The notes beneath the pieces were generated by a model that searched no databases, was not told the origin of the DNA, and saw only the letters and a program-made list of their open reading frames with translations. A stretch of DNA of 64,000 nucleotides from Tubulanus polymorphus (taxonomy: Eukaryota > Animalia > Nemertea), in contig NC_134025.1 of the NCBI RefSeq assembly GCF_964204645.1, positions 20,435,101 to 20,499,100 of the forward strand, in the 5' to 3' direction. Positions within the stretch are counted from its first letter, which is position 1; every line of letters begins with the position of its first letter. Of the stretch, positions 53,560 through 64,000 are shown in pieces. The position numbers were made by a program, and so were the translations under genes.

Positions 53560-53820
53560 ATCAGTTTTCGTTAAAAGTTCCTCATTTCATGGTCAATGTA
53601 ATGGTGGTCGGGCTATGTTCCAACAGTACCTCAAAACTGTGGAACAAGCTTCCCGTTGGCCTTTGGGTTATCACTTCCATCGAACAATTTAGGAAGCAGC
53701 TAAAATGCTTTCTTTTCAAGGAAGCGTTTCACCACATGTAAAGCGCTCTAAGCAGTTTCGATGGATTTAGCACTATATAAATAACATCACTATCATTATC
53801 CTTATCATTATTATTATCAT
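53560..53820 (+). mobile_element. L2 LINE 3' end fragment with tail
   Basis: KLWNKLPVGLWVITSIEQFRKQLKCFLFKEAF, then AAAGCGCTCT...GCACTATATAAAT and a (TAT/CAT)n tail. Confidence 0.78.
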
Positions 53821-54744
53821 CAAGAATTATAGAAAAATTGTACCTTTGTATTACTGCAATTGGCCTTTTCAGACTTTTTTTTACTTGAAATATTTATTGC
53901 AGTCTCATTAGACACCCTTGATCTGCCAGTAGTTCAATCGATCAATTTTTGCAAATTTGAATTCATACGGAAAGAAGATGGCGACCTATGAATATTTTTT
54001 TCATATTCTATAATTCATGATGATTCACCACTCAGATAACTTGCTAAATATTTTATTCATTAAATGTCAGTGCTTCCACGTGAAAAACGAGAACAAGGTT
54101 TCCTTGATGGACATTCTTAGCCAATATCTGAAACCTGGCTTACCTGTAGCATGGACGTATAAACTAGATTATGGACGATTATACGTCCATGCCTGTAGCC
54201 ACACACAACAGAAAGGCAATAAAAGGCAATGATTCGGATATTTTCAGAGCCACCCCTATTGGACAGATACAAGCAGAAAAACTAACATGGCTTCAGGCTA
54301 TCATCAAGACAATCAAACGTGCATCGATTCCCGATCTTTCTGTATTAAAACTAAAACATACGCATGTGATTCATAGGAGATGTTTTGGCTTTGTAACACA
54401 TGTCAGTCACTAACAGTGTACTTGACTATACTGAATACGGATTTGAATTGATTGAAATTGGTAATTCTGATGAACAACAGGGCTAGTTGAATGATTCAAT
54501 ACCACATAAGACTACAACTAAAATCTAGTCATAACATTTAGGATTTATGGCTGTACAACTGGGCCCTATGATCAAATATGATACTGGAACCAGTTACACA
54601 TTTGAGTTGAAAAACCTCCAGATGTGGGTATACCAGGGGTAGTCCAAATTTTACACCAAAATGATTGATTCTAAAATGAAGATATGAACCACTTACTATT
54701 TTCCCCCGTGCATCCAAAGGTGTTTACCATCAGATGGATGAGAT

Positions 54745-55535
54745 ATATAATGTTTGAAGCGAACATTGAACTTGAATGAAGAAGCCAAATTTACAAAACA
54801 ATCATCATTTGACACAATTGTTATTAATGATATTTTCTTTCATCCCACTATAAGAAATCGGCATAAAACATAGCTGACTTGTGACTACTAGTGCACATTT
54901 TAAGTGGGCAAATATGCAAATTTCAACCACCCTGCCAACCATGGAAATTGATATACTAGCCGCTACCATCTATGTTCAGGTGATAATGCATGTCATACAT
55001 TGACACAGGAAAGCCAGTGCATAGTGAGCATACCTGAGCGAACTAACTTTGCACTGCAGTGAAAATATCAAATATAATGGATATTTGCGAACGGGATGAT
55101 GCGCTGGAACAAAGTCAGACAGATCTCCCGATATGGGTATATTTGTCCAGATTTGACAGCAAAATGATCGATATCAAAATGGAATCGGAATCGCTAAATT
55201 TTTTTTTACCTGTGTAACCAAACATGTTTGCCGTCAGACCGACAAAATAATGTTCGAAGTGTGCATATTGAATTTGAATGATAAAACTAAATTTACAAAA
55301 CCATCATCCGTTGACACTATTGTAATTAATGATGTTTTCTTTCATGCCATTATAAGAATTGCAATGAAACAGTGGTAACTCTGGTGCATGTGAAGAGTTT
55401 CGGTAATAAATAACATACGCGCATCAGCAAAAGGAAACCCGCATGTAGTGAACTGAGTTTGCTGTGAGTGAACTTTTCGCCGCAGTGAAAATATCAAATG
55501 TGATAGATATTTTCGGAGAAAGGCAAAATGCACTT
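54745..55535. repeat. Old local direct duplication (~500-bp period)
   Basis: AAATTTACAAAAC..TCATC..TTGACAC.ATTGT.ATTAATGAT.TTTTCTTTCAT and GCAGTGAAAATATCAAAT each occur twice. Confidence 0.7.
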
Positions 55536-57281
55536 GAAAAAATGCAGTGTGGAGGGTACAACAGCTTTTGGTTAATATCTGACCATCACACAGAGAAGAT
55601 TTGGCCTGGACCACATTGGCATGGATCAGGCTCGAGTCAATTTTTGGTCAGGCCAGTTTTAACCTGGGCCAAACAGACACGGGCCCATTTGGCACCCATG
55701 CGAACAGTTGTTCTAGGGAAAATTTGACCCTGGCCAAAAATGCTTGTGCGATCCTGGCTATTATAAAAAGATGAGGAACGATGAAATAATAACCCTGTTA
55801 AAGCTCATTCCAAGTAGAAAATTATATCCTAAATTCATACAGAATTGGCATATATTTAACTGAACAAAACTGTTTAGAATTCAATGTATGTTTTAGTCAT
55901 AGGCTCAAATGATACGACAAAACATACGAAGACGAGTTCCAAATCAGCCGATTATGTTTGTATCTAGAAAGTTTTCTACTTACATTGTAAATAGCATCGT
56001 AATATTCAGGTGAATGAGCATTCACGGCGCAAGGCGGCTTCGTAAAGTCCTCAAAGGGCTCCTCCAAAACGCGTAACTCCCACTCCGTAGTCGCTGCCAC
56101 TTTACACTAGTTTGTCATAACTTGCGCGCCGGCAACAATGTAGATTACGAGAAAAAAAAACGCCGAGCGATGCGGAGAGAGCTACACGTAGCCGACGACA
56201 ACGGCTAGGCTTCCCGACCTGTCATCGTTAGTTGTAATCATTTAATACGTGCGAATACGCAGTGATGACTACTCGCGCGTACACACACAGTGCATGCCGC
56301 TGAATCTCTGCGTGTGTTTGTTCTTTTGATGACACCTCTTAATATCAGTACGCCGGAATTTGAGGAAGTTTTTGAAAGAATTGAATGTCTATATTTGGGC
56401 CACTATCGCACTGGCAAGTTTTTGGCCCTGGTCGAATTTTGACTGTAGCAACTTTGGTCCGGAACTAATGTTCAAATGTTCAAAAGGGATAGATGAGACT
56501 CCCTAACACTAGCCTAATTGCCTACTCGACACATAGGGCATCGATTCAGTTGCTTGAATGGACGCAATGCGAAATATTTGTTAAGTTCCAGACAGTAAAA
56601 TCTATTTCACCAAAACATGAATACTATAAAAGAAAAAATTGATGGGGACCTGAAGGGGTTTAACTGAGTAGAAAATCTCGCTTGTAGGTAAGTAACCAAA
56701 CTTTACAACATTAACAATAATAATTACACTAATTGGACATTAATTACTATGCTGCTAATTAGAAATGCATTAGACATTTCCGATTGATGAATGGAACACA
56801 TCAGTACAATGACCAATCAGATAGCTGTAATGATATAACGGCTGAAATCATATATACATAAATTTGCGATCCGTATTGAAAATGTAATTGACTTTCCAAA
56901 TGAATGCCGCGCTAATTAATGCAACACCGTTCAGTAAATCGGTTTTACTCGCCGAGCGCACGCCGCCCGCAATGCGGCTCACGCTGACCACTTTAGCGCT
57001 CAGCACGTTGACGGCTGGTAATTCCAATTAGCTCGACCATTTACTAATCTCATCGGTTAAATCGACTGATGATATATCGAACGATCGGCACGCTATATAT
57101 GCATGATATCTACTACCGTGTAGAATTTTTCAATAACTTAGTTTCGTACATTGTGTCGGCCTATGTGAGCGTTGATCACGGAAGTTGTCTGTGTGTATGT
57201 GTTGATCATGGAAGGTTGGCTTGGTGATGATCGGATCATACAAACGACGAATGAGTGGAGGGATGAATAGCATTAAATGAA

Positions 57282-57315
57282 ACTAGAGTAATACCCGTGG
57301 AAACCGCGGGTGATT
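57282..57315 (-). mobile_element. Helitron-like 3' terminus
   Basis: Minus strand ACCCGCGG-TTT-CCACGGGT hairpin, 6 nt, then CTAG followed by T. No 5' end or RepHel found. Confidence 0.4.
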
Positions 57316-57454
57316 TCCTTTGGCCTAGAATGTCAACCTGTTCAATTTATTCTAAACGGAATTAAGTCGGCCATTTAAATTCTATGTGTCCATGCCCGTG
57401 GAGACCCTATGACCTCTACCTGTGTAGACCGGGAACTATCGGAGGTAAACAAAA

Positions 57455-57525
57455 TATGTATGGAGGTCTCGAACTCCTGACCCATCAGGTGCAAGCCTTG
57501 TGCTCTACCAACTCGGCCGTACTGT
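57455..57525 (-). mobile_element. tRNA-like SINE head
   Basis: CGGCCGAGTTGGTAGAGCAC...GGAGTTCGAGACC. The acceptor stem does not pair, so it is not a tRNA gene. Confidence 0.55.
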
Positions 57526-58017
57526 AGAATTGTTTTGTTGCAGTAAGAGTCTATAATTAGAATTCCTGCTTACAGATTGTCTGAAATTTTGTCTGCCTCC
57601 TTTTGGCCCCCCCTATAAATATTTTCACACCCGTTTATACCGGTGCTTTAGTTTATATAATGATTGACTAACACACAAAATTTCAAAGCCCAATTCTCCA
57701 CCGCGACACTATTTGGTACATAGTTTGGTATAAATATATAGATACGCCACGTCCACTACAAATGAATAATACAGCTTTCTGTAGTAAACCCCAGAGCGTT
57801 TGCATTTTTTAAGCGCAAGACTCAATTCCAGTACTGCCAACTGGATGTATGTCGGCCTTGTGACCACCAGTGACAAGTCGCAAAGTTGACTGACCTGTTG
57901 AGTGATTGCAATGCGATTTTCTACCAATGGAACACCATCATAGTAAAAACTCATGGCCCCTATATCGTATCTAAATAACGTTTCTGAATAGTGCAACCAT
58001 TGTGCAACCAACTCACA

Positions 58018-58338
58018 ATCTTACAAATTTAGTTTCTGATTTTGTAACCAAAGTGCATTTTTCGGCAGTAAATGTTGAACTTTTCACTGACATTGTACAC
58101 CAGGTGGCACTCGGGGTAAAAAATCAGTCATGCCGTCATCACGCACCAGATGGCACTGATCTACAATGGTCGAAAAGTCAGTGATACACTTTACTCAATA
58201 GAGTTAAATCAGTGGCATGACTAATTAAAATCTTACCTCAGTGCCACCTGGTGTATGATGATAGTATGACAAAAAATTCAACACTAACTGTTGAAAAATG
58301 CATCTTGGATACAAAATCAGAAACTAATTTTGTAGGAT
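58018..58338. mobile_element. Degenerate foldback/MITE
   Basis: Arms of ~120 bp: ATCTTACAAATTTAGTTTCTGATTTTGTA... versus ...TACAAAATCAGAAACTAATTTTGTAGGAT. Confidence 0.7.
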
Positions 58339-61300
58339 ATTAATACGTAGTTAAAAAGTGATATAGTTTTCGCAAGGATTGCCAGCGATGTTGCAATTAG
58401 TTGCACATGTTCTACTTTCTGCGTCAGCATTATGCGACTGTCTTGAGTTGCAACTAAAATCTTCTACCTGTGACTGGCAGAGATTGATGGCACATAGTCA
58501 CCGACACAATCGCATCGCAATCGACCTATCGCACCCAGCTGCAATCCATTGCCTGGCATTACAAGCAGCTGAAACGGACCAGTTTCGATGATCGATGTTC
58601 TTACTGCGTCTGTGCCGAGACCAAGTTTGTCCGATCGGATGTGCGAAAACCAAAATATGGTGTCAAGCAATTCTTTAGGCGTAGCCAACGGACATGGACA
58701 ATTTTCACAAAAAAATTGATGACCTCCTGATGGGAATTCACGCAACTGGATTATTTTTCCTTGCAATAAAGCTTATTTACAAAACTTGAAAAAATTTGCG
58801 ATTGACTTATCATAAGAAAAAAAAACTTTATAAAAGTATTATTGTAATTGGTCAATCAGATGCACATCATATCACCATATCTAACATAAAGCGGAACAGG
58901 GTTGAGAATTTATGTAAACGAATCATTCTAGCTCTTAAGGGCAAATAAATATATGTACATAACAAAACAAACCGTAAGTAACATGTCGATATAAAGCAAA
59001 ATTGATTTAAACTTTTTGCCCTTCAATAACCTCAGTCCAAGAATAGAAAAAACCTACGTATTGCCGGTGCTATATATATACATACACGAGGTTAGGATAG
59101 TTTATAAGCGGAAATGTACGTGCGCGTGATTCAATAATCTTTATCTGTATCAATAAATCGAAATGTAGGATCATCGTTTGACATGTCTATAGTCTTGCCG
59201 AATGTCATGTTGTATCGGACACGCTATTGATTGCGGGAAATGCCTCACCGCTCGTGGGCATCATCATCATCGACACCATTGAACAAACAATCAAACTCAC
59301 ACACAGGGCTCGCATTACTACATATATTGTTTCCGCGTTGCTTTCCGTTCATTTATAGAAATAGAATTTATACTTCGTTAATGAATATAGATAGACACTT
59401 CATCAGCTCATATACGGGTAAATAAAGCCACAGTCATATATTCAATTCAATTAATGTTTAATTGTCTTTAAATCAATATTACATGACTATAGGTGACAAA
59501 AATAACAACATGAGATATATATAACTGTTATAACAAGACTTCTAGTAGCACTTACATTTACAGATTTTACATGTACAAGAGGTAAAAGGTTACAATAAAT
59601 GATCAATGGGATTATGATTTGGCTTAGTTGACGTGAGAATCTGAATAACGAAGATGATATCAGGGTTTCTATCGATCACACAGTTTTCAAAGAATTTTAA
59701 GGGAGAAAATTTCAAATTTCCACAAGCGCAGTACAGAATCTTGCGTGAACGTTTAATATGTTACTGAACAGAAAACCACTGGCATATTGTGGTAATTCCT
59801 ACAGTATCATCTTTTCCAGTCGACTCACCAAGATTTTTCGCAGTCATAAACACAACCATATGTGGAGACGATATCGGGGGTCTACAGATCAGTCAGTATT
59901 CAAGGAGCTTTAAAGGAGAAAATTTCATATTTTGAGGAATTTTCTGGAAGTGTCATCATATATCTCAATTACTGTAGACTCCTCCTATCAAATCGGTACT
60001 GCTTATCTCGGTAAACTATTAATTTGGCATATTTGGGTACAAAAAAATCCTGGTCCTAACTGTACCGATTTAGGGGTAGTCTGTAAAACTACAAACTGGA
60101 CACAAATTTCTGATTGCCTATTGCTCAACATTGGACAAGTTTTAAAGGAGTTAAGTTTAGGGCACTTAGTTCAAATCAAAGAAGTATCAAGCACCTTTAA
60201 AAGCATTTTCCATTTTGAAGGAGTTTTTAAGGATTTAAAGAGTCGTAGGGCCGGACCAGGCCCAAGTGAAATTTTGCCTGTGCCAATAATTTGAGAGCAC
60301 ATTCACATGTACACCACAAACTCATGACTAAAATGCAATCAAAACGAAGCTATGGCTAGCAAGGTGAGTCACTTCCAGAATAATTGTCAAACAAATTTGA
60401 CCCGGGTCATAAATGTTCTCACGTGACTGTGACTAATAAGATTGCTTTTACAAACATCGTATTGATTTTTCATAACTGATAATGTAACTGAGTAAAGTTA
60501 AAAATTTATTTCTAGTTCCAGGAGCAAATGTAATGTCGATACATAGAAGGATTTACACAAATACCTAAGTATTAAACAACCCACAGAGCTGCTGGTACCT
60601 CAAAATGCATACGTTTAAGGATGGCCAATTGATCGTACTTGATTAGGTGTTTTTGCTGAATAAAATGAAATTGAATTGGATTTAATATTCAGCTGAATGG
60701 AATTCAATCGAATTCGCAATTGAAGTGCATGGCTAATTAGCATTATCACATCCATCCAATATGCCTATCTATAGCGCTGATTTGAGAAAATAGCTATTTT
60801 ACCTAATCCTTGCATAATAGTCTACGTTCTATGCCGCAAGTAAAAGATCCTCCCAGAAACGAAACCCACCAAAGATTTCACGGACATCAAACATGAAATA
60901 CAATTTCTCAAAACACAATCGCAAAAAAATAAATCCCGAAATAAAACACTAGACGATACCTCACGGGAACAGCACTGCAGATATCCGCAATTTACCCAAT
61001 CACAGAGAAGAGTGCTCTCTGATTGGCCTTTTCAAATCGATTAAACCCCAGTTAACGAGAACCTTTCGCAAAATTCGGCTTCTTAGACATCGCAGAACGG
61101 AACAAACTGGATAGATCTAATCAGAAGCCATCACACCGTGATACCCCGTGATCAAAATGGATGATCAAAATCCAGACCTCACCTCCATTGAATTTTGACA
61201 ACGCGATTATTTCTCGTCGACCTACCTCAAGGTATCTAAGATAATAGTCTGAATTTATCCAGTTGCAGTACATGGTTCAAAGTGAAAGTGGCTCACATCA

Positions 61301-62702
61301 TTAACTTGGTAGGAATATGAATAATATGTACGTATATATACATATATAATACATATATATCTTCATTCGTGAAAATCAAATTTAACGTATTCGTAAGCTA
61401 ATACTCAATACTGCGAAATCCCCACAGGGTAAAAAATCTGCAACTCTATATTTTCATTGGAATGTAAATAATACGCTGCGTTTGCTTTGATGTCTTTGTA
61501 TTACCCAAGGGTGTGGTCCAAAAATGAGCACCAATAAAAAACCGATCACAAGTAGACACCATGCCCTACTAACATCGGTAATTTCTCCAGGTTTTTAGAT
61601 AGTTTTCTAATGACGCTAGAAAACTAACGAACAATGATGTAATGAAATCCGCCTTGAATCTCCACTATGAACTTGAAAGAAACTTCAATACTCCAGATTT
61701 TGTAGCAAAACCAGGTTTTCCACTCCAAACTTCATATCTATAAGGATTCACCCTTTTCAGCCATAAGCTGCGTTCACACTACAATTTCAGTACGGTACTA
61801 AGCATTTACACGGTTAAATTATTCGAGGCCTATTCACGATTTATTCAGAACCGTGCTGAAATACTTGGCTTATTAAGTGCGGAAAGGGATTCCGCACCGA
61901 AAACCCGATCTCAGAACGACACTGACTGGTTGCATGTTTTCTGTAGTTCGAACGCAGATTCGGCGCTTTAGCAAGCCTTGTATGGTAGTACGCTACACTG
62001 AACCAAAGGCATGAGCATTTTTTATAAGCTTTTGACTCCTATTTGTAATATAAGAAGCCATTAAAAAGAACAATGATAGGGCCTATAGGCAGTTGTTGTA
62101 GTTGTGTGATTTGACACTTAATTTTAACTAGATACAGTGACAAATGTATTTCACTAACATTAGCTACACCAAATTGGCGATCCAAAAACTGCTATTTGGA
62201 AGGCAGGAGTGTAGGTTAAGAATGGACTTAAAGATATATATATATATACATGTACATCAAAACGTTGATAGCATGGATTCGAAATGCCTTCTTGAAATCA
62301 CTCCGGATATCGGCACAACTTGAGCGGGCTAAATAAGCGCCAAATCATGTGCGCAACTTGTTCTGGCAAATTCAGTACCACACAAGAGTATACGATACTT
62401 CGTAAGCCCAGAATCTGGTGTGAATGCTTTAAACATTATTCCCACAGAAAACCACTGGCCATTATGATAATAAACCATTTTACAGTTGCTAGCCGCCATT
62501 TTGTTAGGGTACTTTTGTCCCGTATTGTTGGGTCATTTTTTTCTCTTTTTTAAAAACTATCCGTGATGTGTATTGTATCATATTTCATCTGTCCATGGAT
62601 GGATTTTGACAACTTCAGCAACATTCAAACCGCGTGAATCTCTAGTTTTCAGTTATGTAAAAATCATTTCTCAAATTTACAACAATGCGACATGAGAGCG
62701 AT

Positions 62703-64000
62703 ATAAAAATCGGTGGTCAGTTTTTGCCTTGCGCATAGAAATCCAGGGTACTGAAATTTGAAGTTCGTTATTTTCAGAAATAATTTTCTAAAAAATCCAA
62801 ACATTTCAAGCACTGTGCGCATAAACGCCCCCTTTTAGGTGAACTTTGAAATTTTAAGATATCTTGCCTAGTTTTTTTCCTATGGCTCTTTAACTGCAGC
62901 GCGTGTATTGTCATTCCGAGATTTGGCGCTGTTTTCTTTGCGTGTATTCCAGTATATGGGTGTTATTTCTTCATTTTCACTACACTTGTCTCTACGGAAA
63001 ATGGTTTTAATTGTTGGTACGAGTATCAGGTTTAAATATTACGGCATTAATACTGTATTCCGTTCTCCGGCGCTAGTTCGTAATGGTTGTAATGGTAACC
63101 GCTTTTACGGCAGGCAGAGGCTTACGTACATGCACCCAAGAAAACCCAAAATATCACTCTTTTGTTGTAAATGCAATCCACACACTTCTTGCGTTTTTGT
63201 GATGGTAGATGTCACTTTTTACTTTTTATCACCTGCGTCTGACATTCGAACTTGATACTTGATATTTCACCACCAAAACAAGAAAACGTTTTCCTATATT
63301 TTCTTCCCAATCTAATCAATCTTGAGTGTACTTAATAGAAAGTATTCATAGAAAATAGCTGAATATTTGCCCCACCCCATTTGTCCAGCTTTTTGACCAC
63401 TTCTCCATCCATCTAATTTCAGTAGATTTTTATGAAAATTTATTGATAGACTACTGATTTAAATGGTCATCATACTCGATTTTGAGTGCTATATTTCTTT
63501 TCTTCTTCCATCTCAATATAGGCCCATATATTCTCTTCCCGCGCGCAACTTCGAATGCGTGATCAAAATGCCGCTCAGTCTCGCTGCTAAAACTGGTCAG
63601 AAAAATCCCTTAAACCCCAACATCTCTAATGTCCCCGATCTATTATATTGCATAAACGACGTGATATTTAAACCTGATACTCGTACCAACAATTAAAACC
63701 ATTTTCCGTAGAGACAAGTGTAGTGAAAATGAAGAAATAACTCCCATATACTGAAATACACGCAAAGAAAACAGCGCCGAATCTCGGAATGACAATACAC
63801 GCGCTGCAGTTAACGTGCCATAGGAAAAAAACTAGGCAAGATATCTTAAAATTTCAAAGTTCACCTGAAAGGGGGCGTTTATGCGCACAGTGCTTGAAAT
63901 GTTTGGATTTTTTAGAAAATTATTTCTGAAAATAACGAACTTCAAAGTTCAGTACCCTGGATTTCTATGCGCACGGCAAAAACTGACCACCGATTTTTAT
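62703..64000. mobile_element. Long-TIR foldback element running off the right edge
   Basis: 62703-~63043 is the near-exact reverse complement of ~63660-64000. The ~615-bp spacer has no recognisable transposase. Confidence 0.85.

Overview
AT-rich, intron-rich animal (bilaterian invertebrate-type) genomic DNA, not prokaryotic. Almost all ORFs in the supplied track are spurious or repeat-derived. Two minus-strand spliced genes can be assembled by hand with GT-AG sites and consistent phases. (1) The 5' part of a Jagged/Serrate Notch ligand: 5 coding exons in 649..26999 (signal sequence+MNNL, DSL, EGF1-2) with a ~20 kb first intron; the gene continues off the left edge. (2) A PLD3/PLD4-family 5'-3' exonuclease: 10 coding exons in 34584..45063 with both HKD motifs intact, ~507-514 aa; exons 2-10 are firm, but the first exon is uncertain. 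The rest is a mosaic of non-autonomous transposons: about 18 copies of one Harbinger-like MITE, other Harbinger-, piggyBac- and hAT-like MITEs, tRNA-derived SINEs, L2/CR1 3' fragments, a long-TIR foldback at the right edge, and two Penelope-like foldbacks carrying minimal hammerhead-ribozyme-like motifs. Best leads: up to four phase-0 alternative first exons for PLD3; the hammerhead-like foldbacks; a one-residue deletion in the DSL domain; CSL motifs spread through the Jagged introns by a MITE; CTCF-like motifs in a foldback; and the PLD3-Jagged linkage. I found no clearly novel protein-coding system. All coordinates were counted by hand and repeat boundaries are approximate.
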